Below, piece after piece: positions 54,791-62,452 of a DNA stretch of 64,000 bases (the first letter of the stretch is position 1; each line of letters begins with the position of its first letter). The position numbers and the translations under genes were made by a program. The stretch is from a virus, in IMG/VR virus record IMGVR_UViG_3300022173_000074, positions 1 through 64,000 of that record; one strand, 5' to 3'. The notes beneath the pieces were generated by a model, which was given only the letters and a program-made list of their open reading frames with translations, made no database searches and was not told the DNA's origin.

Positions 54791-56911
54791 TTAGAGAAGG
54801 GACTCGCCCAGCTTCTTCATGTCGCTACGCACGCGGCGGCCGCCACGAGGCTTCGGGTCCTCGTTCTCGCCGATGACCAGGGAGTTCAAATCCCACACTT
54901 CGGCCCACACCGGCGGCTTCTCCCAGTTGATGTTTTCTGCCTTGATCGAGGCATCCAGGTTCAGGGCCATCGCGTAGTATAGCAAGTCGAACGCTTCGTT
55001 GCGGCGCGTGCCAATTTTCTCCCAGCCCTTCGGCGTGCGAACTTCCGAAGTGAGCTGCGTATAGAGCCACGTCGGCGCCCACTTCGGAAAATGGATCATG
55101 CCGCCATCTGCATCCGTACGACCGAGAAACGAGGACACTTGGTCTTTCATCAGATTCGAATTCAAGTGCGCTACCGGCACGTCGCCGCGCGCGCCGGAGT
55201 TGCGGTCCTTGCGTTGCGCATCTGGGAAGCGCTTCTGAAAACGTGGCGCGACTTTCGAAGGTTCACCCTTCACGAGTAGGAAGCGATGGTGGTGCTTCTC
55301 CGGCTGCGCGCGAAGCCAGCGGTAGAAGTTCAGCGCATTCGTGGTGACGCCTTCCTTACCACCAGAGTCACAGCAAACCATTTTGATCTGCATGCGCCGG
55401 CCGGAGAAGTCGTTTAACTCATACGTTTTGTCTATGACTTCCGGCACGAGCTGTTGCCAATCTTCCGCGTATGCGGCGGGGTCGATCAGTTGCAGATCGC
55501 CGCGCTCGTCTTCGCGAGTAGACTTACGAACCTTGAACATATCGATGTGCCAAATGTCTCCGGGTTGCTTCGGAGTGGCGCTGGCTCCATGCCCGTAGAC
55601 GTGGACCACGAAGGCGTTCTTTTGAACGTCTACGGCCGCCGTGAGGAAGCGCACACCGTCAGGTACGAGCGGAGCTTCAGCCGAACCGCCCCAGTCCTCC
55701 GCGCGATTTCGTAGCTCGTCAGGGAGGCGCGCGGAAGCGGCGGCTTTCGAGACGTATGTGTTTCCTTGCCGCGTGTTGACGGTCGTGCGCAACGGCCCTT
55801 CATCTCCGGTGCGATCATACGCTTCGTTCGCTTGCAGCCAATCCAGGACGATGTCCTTCCACGTTTGGAAGCCGGCCGCTACGCCTTTGCACCAGAAGCT
55901 CGCGATGTCCGAGCGGAAAGCTTCGCCGCTTACGCTTCCATCCCGCTCCCACTTCTGGCCGTCTTTGATCCATTTCCCCGCGACGTTCAGCTTGAACTTC
56001 AGGGAGTGGTTGATCGCGCCGTCACAGTGCGGGCAGTACATCTTAGCGCTTTCTGCGGCGAGGACGTGATCGCGCACGTCGGGCCAACGGAGAAGGCTGA
56101 AGTCTGGCTCGAAGGACTCCTTGCAGTGTGGGCAGCGCCAGTACCAACGGCGCCGGTCGCCACGGTTGTAGAGTTCAAGGATGCCCTTTGTCGGAGGCGC
56201 TTCATGCTCCGTTCCTTTGATCCACTGCGGGTTCTCCATATCGCCGGCCGGAGTCGACTCTGCGACCGTCATGGCGAAGCGCCCGAAGGTGGTGGTCCGC
56301 TTGCGAGCCAAATCGAAGGGCGAGCCTTCATTGTCGATGTCCGATGGAATCGCATCATAGTCGGTCAGCCATAGACGAGGGATCGGCTTGCCGCGAAGTT
56401 CGGATGCGGATGGATGGCTGAAGGTGAGATACATTCCGTTCTTGAAGCGCACGTCCAAGACGTTGCGTCCGTGCTTGCCCGGAAGCACGCGCTTGTCTAG
56501 CTCCGGCGTCGTGGCGAAGAGCTTCTCCATCCGGCGCTTCGAGTAGTCGCGCACGGTCGTCATTGTTGGTGCAATGAACATCATGTCGGCTGGATCGCAG
56601 ACGGCAGAATAAGTGACCCACGATCCGAAAGGCTCTGTCTTCCCCGACTGAACCGATCCGCAAAAAACCATTCCCTGATAGATGTCGCTCGTCAGAACAT
56701 CGCCCGGCTCGATCATGTATGGCGCGCGGCTGTTCTCGTATGGGCCTACCGAACCGCCGCCGAGGTTTTCGAGTCGACGATATTTTTCCGCCGCTTCAGG
56801 AACAGTCAGCCGGTCGGGCGGCCGGATCGCTTCCGCGATACTGGCTACAGCCTCTTCGAGATATTGGAATGAGGGCGGCTTAAGGCGCGCGAGACGTTTA
56901 GTCGTCGTCAT
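54791..56911 (-). CDS. terL: terminase large subunit (lambda gpA-like)
   Basis: 706 aa, Walker A GSVQSGKT, conserved position. Confidence 0.75.
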   Translation of the reverse strand: MTTTKRLARLKPPSFQYLEEAVASIAEAIRPPDRLTVPEAAEKYRRLENLGGGSVGPYENSRAPYMIEPGDVLTSDIYQGMVFCGSVQSGKTEPFGSWVTYSAVCDPADMMFIAPTMTTVRDYSKRRMEKLFATTPELDKRVLPGKHGRNVLDVRFKNGMYLTFSHPSASELRGKPIPRLWLTDYDAIPSDIDNEGSPFDLARKRTTTFGRFAMTVAESTPAGDMENPQWIKGTEHEAPPTKGILELYNRGDRRRWYWRCPHCKESFEPDFSLLRWPDVRDHVLAAESAKMYCPHCDGAINHSLKFKLNVAGKWIKDGQKWERDGSVSGEAFRSDIASFWCKGVAAGFQTWKDIVLDWLQANEAYDRTGDEGPLRTTVNTRQGNTYVSKAAASARLPDELRNRAEDWGGSAEAPLVPDGVRFLTAAVDVQKNAFVVHVYGHGASATPKQPGDIWHIDMFKVRKSTREDERGDLQLIDPAAYAEDWQQLVPEVIDKTYELNDFSGRRMQIKMVCCDSGGKEGVTTNALNFYRWLRAQPEKHHHRFLLVKGEPSKVAPRFQKRFPDAQRKDRNSGARGDVPVAHLNSNLMKDQVSSFLGRTDADGGMIHFPKWAPTWLYTQLTSEVRTPKGWEKIGTRRNEAFDLLYYAMALNLDASIKAENINWEKPPVWAEVWDLNSLVIGENEDPKPRGGRRVRSDMKKLGESLL

Positions 56912-57524
56912 CTTCTTCGCCTAGCAAATTAGGCGTCTGACCCAGCGCTGGCATTTCCACAAGCGCGCGTGCGATTTCATTCCGCAGATCATCGACCATT
57001 GATTGTAGCTCCCGGTATTGCTCCGGGGTAACTTCCGTCTTGCGTTCTAGCGCATCGATCCACGTCTGCATTACGCCGCGAATGGTTTTGGCTGTGTCGC
57101 CTAGAACCATAATCACGTCCTCTGTATGCCAGAGTTCGCCCGCTCGTTCTTTGTACTCTTGCTCCGAACGCTTCGCTTTCCAGTATTCAGATTTCAGGCG
57201 TGGCGGCAGCTCTTCCGGGTTCATGTTCCGCATATAATCTTCGATGTCGAAGCGCGGCTTCACGAGGAAAGACATGGCTTGTGCAAGATCGTAGAGCGCG
57301 ATGTTTCCCGCTTTCTTCTCCGCAATCGGACATTCTGCGAGCCGCTTTTTCACGGTGCGTTTATCCATACGGAGCGCGCCCGTAAGCCAGGCTTGGGTGA
57401 CGCCACGGCGTACCTGTGCCCAGTCGTCGGTCTTGGAGTCTATAGCCTTCGTCAGCGGTGCTTCCGAGTTGGAATCATCACCGCCTAGAAGGTCATCGAG
57501 AGAGCGCTTACGATCTTTAGCCAT
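56898..57524 (-). CDS. terS: terminase small subunit
   Basis: 208 aa with HTH-like region directly upstream of terL. Confidence 0.5.
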   Translation of the reverse strand: MAKDRKRSLDDLLGGDDSNSEAPLTKAIDSKTDDWAQVRRGVTQAWLTGALRMDKRTVKKRLAECPIAEKKAGNIALYDLAQAMSFLVKPRFDIEDYMRNMNPEELPPRLKSEYWKAKRSEQEYKERAGELWHTEDVIMVLGDTAKTIRGVMQTWIDALERKTEVTPEQYRELQSMVDDLRNEIARALVEMPALGQTPNLLGEEDDDD

Positions 57525-57541
57525 GTGGCGTACCTATCAGA

Positions 57542-58321
57542 TTACCAGTATTTTGCAATCCAGGGGGAGAGTTGCAACACTTCCGGCTTCCACTGTGACC
57601 AGGGGCCGTTCATCTGAATCAGCTTGGCGCCTTCCGGCATCGCGCCGCCGGTCGGCTCGTGTTTAAGCGCATTCACGAGGTTCCGGTTCTTCCATGATTC
57701 GTACGCCCACAGGTGCCGTGGCGCGATGTCATTTCGGAAACAGAAGAGTCCATCGGCCTCCGTTATCGTCGCTATTTTGTGGCGCGCTTTGATGGCGATC
57801 CAAGCTTGATCGCTGCCCCCGAAGCGAAGACGCTTTTTCTCGTTTACCCATTCGTTTATGTTGAACTCCGTGAAAATCTCCGGCGCAACACCGTGGTCTG
57901 CGATCACTAGCGATCCATTCACCGGCTGCGGGCGAAGCTCCACGCCAGACATCACGAAAGGCTCCGGCCGGCCGAATATTGTATCCAAATTTCCGACAGC
58001 CACCATATCGATGTCCATCCACGCCCAGCGGTTCTCAGGGATGATCTGGCGGAACGATTCGTCGAAGCACTTGAGGCGGACGAAGCACTTGCCGCCGATC
58101 TTGTGAAGGTCTTTCCACAGAGGAACGACTTGCGCTTCGTCCTTGAAACGCTCGCGAGTTTGCTTGCTGTCAGAGATCACGACAAATCTATGGGGCAGTG
58201 TCAGGTTTCGAGACACCATAGCCATAGTTCGCGACAGATAGTCGTCCGGGAACCGACCGCCCCAAGAGAAGAAAATGATGGGCAACTTAGGTCCGAGCAT
58301 ATGATGCGTCTTTCTTTGCAA
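57542..58321 (-). CDS. glycosyltransferase (DxD motif, Gly_transf_sug-like)
   Basis: WMDIDMVAVGNLDTIF, N-terminal LPIIFFSWGG. Confidence 0.45.
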   Translation of the reverse strand: MQRKTHHMLGPKLPIIFFSWGGRFPDDYLSRTMAMVSRNLTLPHRFVVISDSKQTRERFKDEAQVVPLWKDLHKIGGKCFVRLKCFDESFRQIIPENRWAWMDIDMVAVGNLDTIFGRPEPFVMSGVELRPQPVNGSLVIADHGVAPEIFTEFNINEWVNEKKRLRFGGSDQAWIAIKARHKIATITEADGLFCFRNDIAPRHLWAYESWKNRNLVNALKHEPTGGAMPEGAKLIQMNGPWSQWKPEVLQLSPWIAKYW

Positions 58322-58907
58322 AAGGAAACCACTTCACTGCGGAGTCCGGGTTCATGTTAAGCACTCGAATGCCTCTGGCTTTCAGGTCTTCAGTGAGCCT
58401 AGAGAAACCCCATTTCTGTCTCTCGTACCTTTGGCCCCAGTGCTCTTTGAGACTGCCGCTGAAGTGTCTTTCATTGTTCGGCCCTGCCTTGGCATCCACG
58501 CCCACGAGAAGGATGCGTGTAGCCCCTCTGAGCACGGCCAGATTGATTGCGAGGGCTACCGTGGTGAATGTTCCCCGGAGCTGCCCTGGATTGTCTGAGA
58601 GGCCTCGCCCTGCGACTTTCGGGATGAACCTGATGCGTTCGTCCCAAAGCGCTTCGGGGAGCGGCACCGGGTCTGTATACAAGATCAACGGGCCTTTATA
58701 GGCGGATAGGTCTGGGGTCCTCAAAGCGTACCTATGATCTCCGATCATCAGCACTTCCGCGTCAGGGACCTTTAGGTATCCATCCTTCACCGCGATAGTG
58801 CGCAGTCCAGCAATCCGACCGAAATCGAAGCTGTTCACGCTTAGGCCGGAGGCGACGATTGCTACCGTCTCTCCGGCCCAGTCACGGGGAACGATGTATG
58901 GTTTCAC
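58287..58907 (-). CDS. DUF115 / MptE-like (Maf-type) protein, putative glycosyltransferase
   Basis: VAIVASGLSV ... ILLVGVD; paralog of 31040..31696. Confidence 0.4.
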   Translation of the reverse strand: MKPYIVPRDWAGETVAIVASGLSVNSFDFGRIAGLRTIAVKDGYLKVPDAEVLMIGDHRYALRTPDLSAYKGPLILYTDPVPLPEALWDERIRFIPKVAGRGLSDNPGQLRGTFTTVALAINLAVLRGATRILLVGVDAKAGPNNERHFSGSLKEHWGQRYERQKWGFSRLTEDLKARGIRVLNMNPDSAVKWFPFAKKDASYART

Positions 58908-59476
58908 AGCGGACGAACGAGGACCGCGAGTTCTACGCCAACGCGCGTCGGCTTGATCGGCGGCACTTCTTCGACGCTGCGGAAATGCTTACCGAGTCTA
59001 TCCATCCACCATGGGGTCTTCTCGATAATCAAATGCGCGTTGCGGCCATCGGCCAGCGTCTTGTTCGCCTTGCGCTGTGAGATCACAAGTAATCCTTGAG
59101 TTTTAATTTTGGACGCAATGTCGTCTAGGACATTGTCGAGATACTCAGGCTCAATGTGTTCCAGAACGTCGCAGCATGTGACGAAGTCAGCGGGGGCCGG
59201 ATCGCCGGGCCGCGTAACTGGATCGTAGCCGTGCGCTTCAAGGATGCCGATCTTTCCGCCGAGATACGGGTATCCCCATTCTTTGTGCCGGCGCTGGACT
59301 TCGGCGAGAAGGGAGCCTTTGCCGCAGCCGTAGTCGAGATAAGAGTTCGCGAGCGACGTGCGCAGATAACCGATCACTCGGTCTGCCCAGTCGTGCCCTT
59401 TAGCACCGTACTTTTTGTTTCGCTCGTGCAGCTCTTTATTGAGCGCGACGTATTTATCCGAGATCAACTTTACCAT
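58904..59476 (-). CDS. class I SAM-dependent methyltransferase
   Basis: YLDYGCGKGSL (motif I), FVTCCDVLEHIEP. Confidence 0.65.
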   Translation of the reverse strand: MVKLISDKYVALNKELHERNKKYGAKGHDWADRVIGYLRTSLANSYLDYGCGKGSLLAEVQRRHKEWGYPYLGGKIGILEAHGYDPVTRPGDPAPADFVTCCDVLEHIEPEYLDNVLDDIASKIKTQGLLVISQRKANKTLADGRNAHLIIEKTPWWMDRLGKHFRSVEEVPPIKPTRVGVELAVLVRPL

Positions 59477-60042
59477 GTCTTCCTCACGAGTACAGCAAGC
59501 TCCGACGCGGCCTTGCTAGGGTCTAAGATTGGAACTTCTTTTAGAGTCGGAAAATAATCGCCGAGATGATCCAGCCAGAATTGACGAGGCTTGGCGGCGA
59601 GCTGATGTGTGGCTTGATTTCTCTTCGTGCCGTTGCGCAACGAAACAGTTATCAGGCCCGCCTTGTTCATCAGCTCCCCGATGTCCTTCAAGACTTCGAA
59701 TAGCTTGTGTGCTTCGACGTGTTCCAGGACATCGATACAGGTGACAAAGTCAGCCGGGATAGGGCGCTCCGGGAAGATGGCCGGATCGTATTGCTGGAAC
59801 GCGTACTTCCCTTCCGGGATACGAATGCCTTCCCGCTTCACCGCGTAGATCAGTTCGCTTCGGCCACAGCCGTAGTCGAGAAGAGAAATGCAGTCGTGCA
59901 TTTCCATGTAGTCGTGGACTCGCTTCGACCACAGGTGCCCGATGACTCCGAAGTTCGGATCGCGGTCGTGCAGCTTTTTCAGGTTAGCTGCATGTTGCTT
60001 CGTGTAAGTCATCTCTTGATAGCCTTCAATTGATCCGTCCAC
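59470..60042 (-). CDS. class I SAM-dependent methyltransferase (tandem paralog)
   Basis: LLDYGCGRSEL, FVTCIDVLEHVE. Confidence 0.65.
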   Translation of the reverse strand: MDGSIEGYQEMTYTKQHAANLKKLHDRDPNFGVIGHLWSKRVHDYMEMHDCISLLDYGCGRSELIYAVKREGIRIPEGKYAFQQYDPAIFPERPIPADFVTCIDVLEHVEAHKLFEVLKDIGELMNKAGLITVSLRNGTKRNQATHQLAAKPRQFWLDHLGDYFPTLKEVPILDPSKAASELAVLVRKTW

Positions 60043-60695
60043 AGATTACCGAAGCGGATCGCACGAGGGTCCGTGTGCCAAGGGCCTCCGTTCGTGAAGT
60101 GAATGCCGGCGGGCGGAACGTCCCGCTCCCACTGGTACTCGCCTTCGAGCCAATTCCATTCGTCGGGCAGCGCGCCGATCTCACTGTCATGCGCCCAAGC
60201 CAGCCGGTGCAGATCGGGGGCGGGGGCGCTGTTGACATATGGCACGTCAAGCTTCCGGGCGGCGACAGAGCCGCAGCGGAACAGCATAAGGCTTGACCAG
60301 TTCTTTCGAGGGTACGCGACTTGCGGCTGGCCTTCCATCTTCCATTTGGCTTTCGGGGTGTAGTCGTGCTTCACGACGCTGACGGCGGCGGCCCACGGCG
60401 CGGAGTGAAACAGATCGGTTACGTCCTGCGTAAACAGGAAGTCGCAATCCACGAACAGCGCGCGGCCTTTGAAGCCCATCAGGTGCGGCACCAGGAAGCG
60501 CGTGAAGGCGAACTGTGTTGACGCCGGTTCGTCCTTGGGCCGGATGTAAGCGCCTTGCCGGCGAAGGGCATCTTGATCGAGCTTGTGGATTTGGATCGGC
60601 GAACGGGAGTGGGCGCGCAAGGAGTCCACGCACACATCGTATGCGTCTTTTTCCCGGTCATCATATCCGATGAAGATGTGCAACAGATCAGTCAT
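60009..60695 (-). CDS. glycosyltransferase (GT8-like, DxD)
   Basis: QFAFTRFLVPHL ... ALFVDCDFLF. Confidence 0.5.
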   Translation of the reverse strand: MTDLLHIFIGYDDREKDAYDVCVDSLRAHSRSPIQIHKLDQDALRRQGAYIRPKDEPASTQFAFTRFLVPHLMGFKGRALFVDCDFLFTQDVTDLFHSAPWAAAVSVVKHDYTPKAKWKMEGQPQVAYPRKNWSSLMLFRCGSVAARKLDVPYVNSAPAPDLHRLAWAHDSEIGALPDEWNWLEGEYQWERDVPPAGIHFTNGGPWHTDPRAIRFGNLWTDQLKAIKR

Positions 60696-60725
60696 AGGTC
60701 CCTCTAAAGCTCCCGTAACAGACTT

Positions 60726-62165
60726 CTACGCCGCGCGCAATTCGCGTAGAACTTCCTCGCGCGTGATCCGAACGGCGTTTCGGATTGCCGTTTCTGTATC
60801 CTTTTTGTCGTGTTGGTTGGCAAGAGCCTTCTCGTCCCAGGTTCCACGGGCGAGGATGTGATAGATCATAACGTGCTCGTCTTTCTGGCCGGGCCGGGGC
60901 AACCGTTTGTTGAACTGTTGGTAGAGTTCGCCGCTGTGCTGCATCCCGTACCAGCAAGCCCGAGAGCCGCCGTACTGCATGTTCATGCCGTGGCCTATGG
61001 ACGCCGGATGACTCAGCAAGACTTTAATGCGACCGCGATCCCAATCCTTCTTCCAGTTCTTGCCGGCGTCTTCGAGGACCGTGACTTTTTTCCCGAGTCG
61101 TTTCTTGATCGCCACCACGTCGAACTTGTAGCTGTAGGCTACGAGAAGCGGCCGGCCTTGCAGAGATTCGATCAGCTCACAAAGCGCGTCTACTTTCAGC
61201 TCGTGGACCGGGATGGCGTTGCCGCGCTCGCGGTAGAGTGAGCCATTCGCGAATTGTAGAAGCTTGTTTACAAGCACGCCGCTGGTGGCCGCTTCGACAT
61301 CGTATTTGTCAGTAAAGAGTTCCCGCTCGAAGCGCTTGTACTCTTTCATCGTGTCGCGCGGGAGGTTGACCCAGATGTCTGTGCCCGGCGTAGTGATGAC
61401 CGGCGGCAGCTCAATATGATCTTCGGCCCGCAGCGAGATCATCAGATCGCCCATCAGGTCCATGATCTCTTCCTGCGCGCCCGGTCGCGGCTCTAGGTTC
61501 CAGCCCATGTAGTCTTTCGTGAACCATCGCTTCTCGAAGGCATCCTTGCTGCGGCCCAAGCGTTCGCCCTGGTCGCACATATACGAGAGGCCCCAAAGAT
61601 TGTGGATGCCCTCTGGCGCCGGTGTGCCGGTCATCAGGATCACGCGATCTGTCTTCTGCCGGGCTGCAGCCAAAACCCCGAACCGGGATAGCGGCATCGA
61701 ACCTTTACCGCCTCCGGCGCGCTTCGTGCGTTTCTTGCCTTCCTTCAGCATGGACGCTTCGTCCACGATAATCATATCATACGGCCAGTTCTTGCCGTTG
61801 TCGGTGATCTTCCAGAGCCACGCGAGGTTTTCTTTATTGATGATGTGGACTTTGGCGCGGCGGCTGCGGAAAGCGCGCAGTCGAACCGCTGGCGTCCCTG
61901 TTATGATCGTGTACGGAATATTCTTAGTGTGGCGCCACGCCGCGAATTCTTCGGGCCATGTATGCTCTGCAACGCGAAGAGGGGCCACCACCAGGATTAG
62001 CTTGACCTCGAAGCGGTTCAAGAGGTTTCGGATGATCGTGAGGACGGCGGCCGTTTTTCCCAAGCCCATATCGACGGCCATCAGCAAGTACGGAAGGCGC
62101 ATGCCCATCCGCACTAAATAGCGCTGATACTTACGAAGTTCGGACTCTAGGCGAAGCTTAGGCAT
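60726..62165 (-). CDS. SNF2/DEAD-like helicase
   Basis: AVDMGLGKT (motif I), IVDEASMLK (motif II), helicase C region. Confidence 0.75.
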   Translation of the reverse strand: MPKLRLESELRKYQRYLVRMGMRLPYLLMAVDMGLGKTAAVLTIIRNLLNRFEVKLILVVAPLRVAEHTWPEEFAAWRHTKNIPYTIITGTPAVRLRAFRSRRAKVHIINKENLAWLWKITDNGKNWPYDMIIVDEASMLKEGKKRTKRAGGGKGSMPLSRFGVLAAARQKTDRVILMTGTPAPEGIHNLWGLSYMCDQGERLGRSKDAFEKRWFTKDYMGWNLEPRPGAQEEIMDLMGDLMISLRAEDHIELPPVITTPGTDIWVNLPRDTMKEYKRFERELFTDKYDVEAATSGVLVNKLLQFANGSLYRERGNAIPVHELKVDALCELIESLQGRPLLVAYSYKFDVVAIKKRLGKKVTVLEDAGKNWKKDWDRGRIKVLLSHPASIGHGMNMQYGGSRACWYGMQHSGELYQQFNKRLPRPGQKDEHVMIYHILARGTWDEKALANQHDKKDTETAIRNAVRITREEVLRELRAA

Positions 62166-62451
62166 AGTCTCCGAGCCTTAGCAGCTTGCGGGCGTGATCG
62201 TGGTCGCGGACGACGTGGACTTCGAAGCCCTGCCCGCGCAGCTCGTCATGCCGCCGCATCTGAATGCCATCTGGTTTCTCACCGATCTTTTTATACTCTA
62301 TGATGACCAGAACGCCGCGACGGAAATGCCAGCGATCCGGGCATCCGCGCTTGCCGATGAATTGCATCTTATAGACTTTCCAGCCCGCCTTGACGGCTTC
62401 GCCTTCGGGTCCGCTGATGTCTGCCTCTACTACCGCTTCTCTTTGTGCCAT
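62158..62451 (-). CDS. VRR-NUC domain nuclease
   Basis: GCPDRWHF...VLVIIEYKK (PD-(D/E)xK). Confidence 0.65.
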   Translation of the reverse strand: MAQREAVVEADISGPEGEAVKAGWKVYKMQFIGKRGCPDRWHFRRGVLVIIEYKKIGEKPDGIQMRRHDELRGQGFEVHVVRDHDHARKLLRLGDYA

Positions 62452-62452
62452 G

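Noticed and set aside
25898-57524. DSNS as a DNA-level site (for example GAGTC/GANTC methylation or restriction site)
   Set aside because: Several copies use entirely different codons (gac agc aat agc; gac tct aac agc), so conservation is at the peptide level.
25898-57524. DSNS as a classical bacterial N-glycosylation sequon (D/E-X-N-X-S/T)
   Set aside because: The residue at +2 from Asn is A/E/Q/G/L in most copies, not S/T. O-linked or other modification remains possible.
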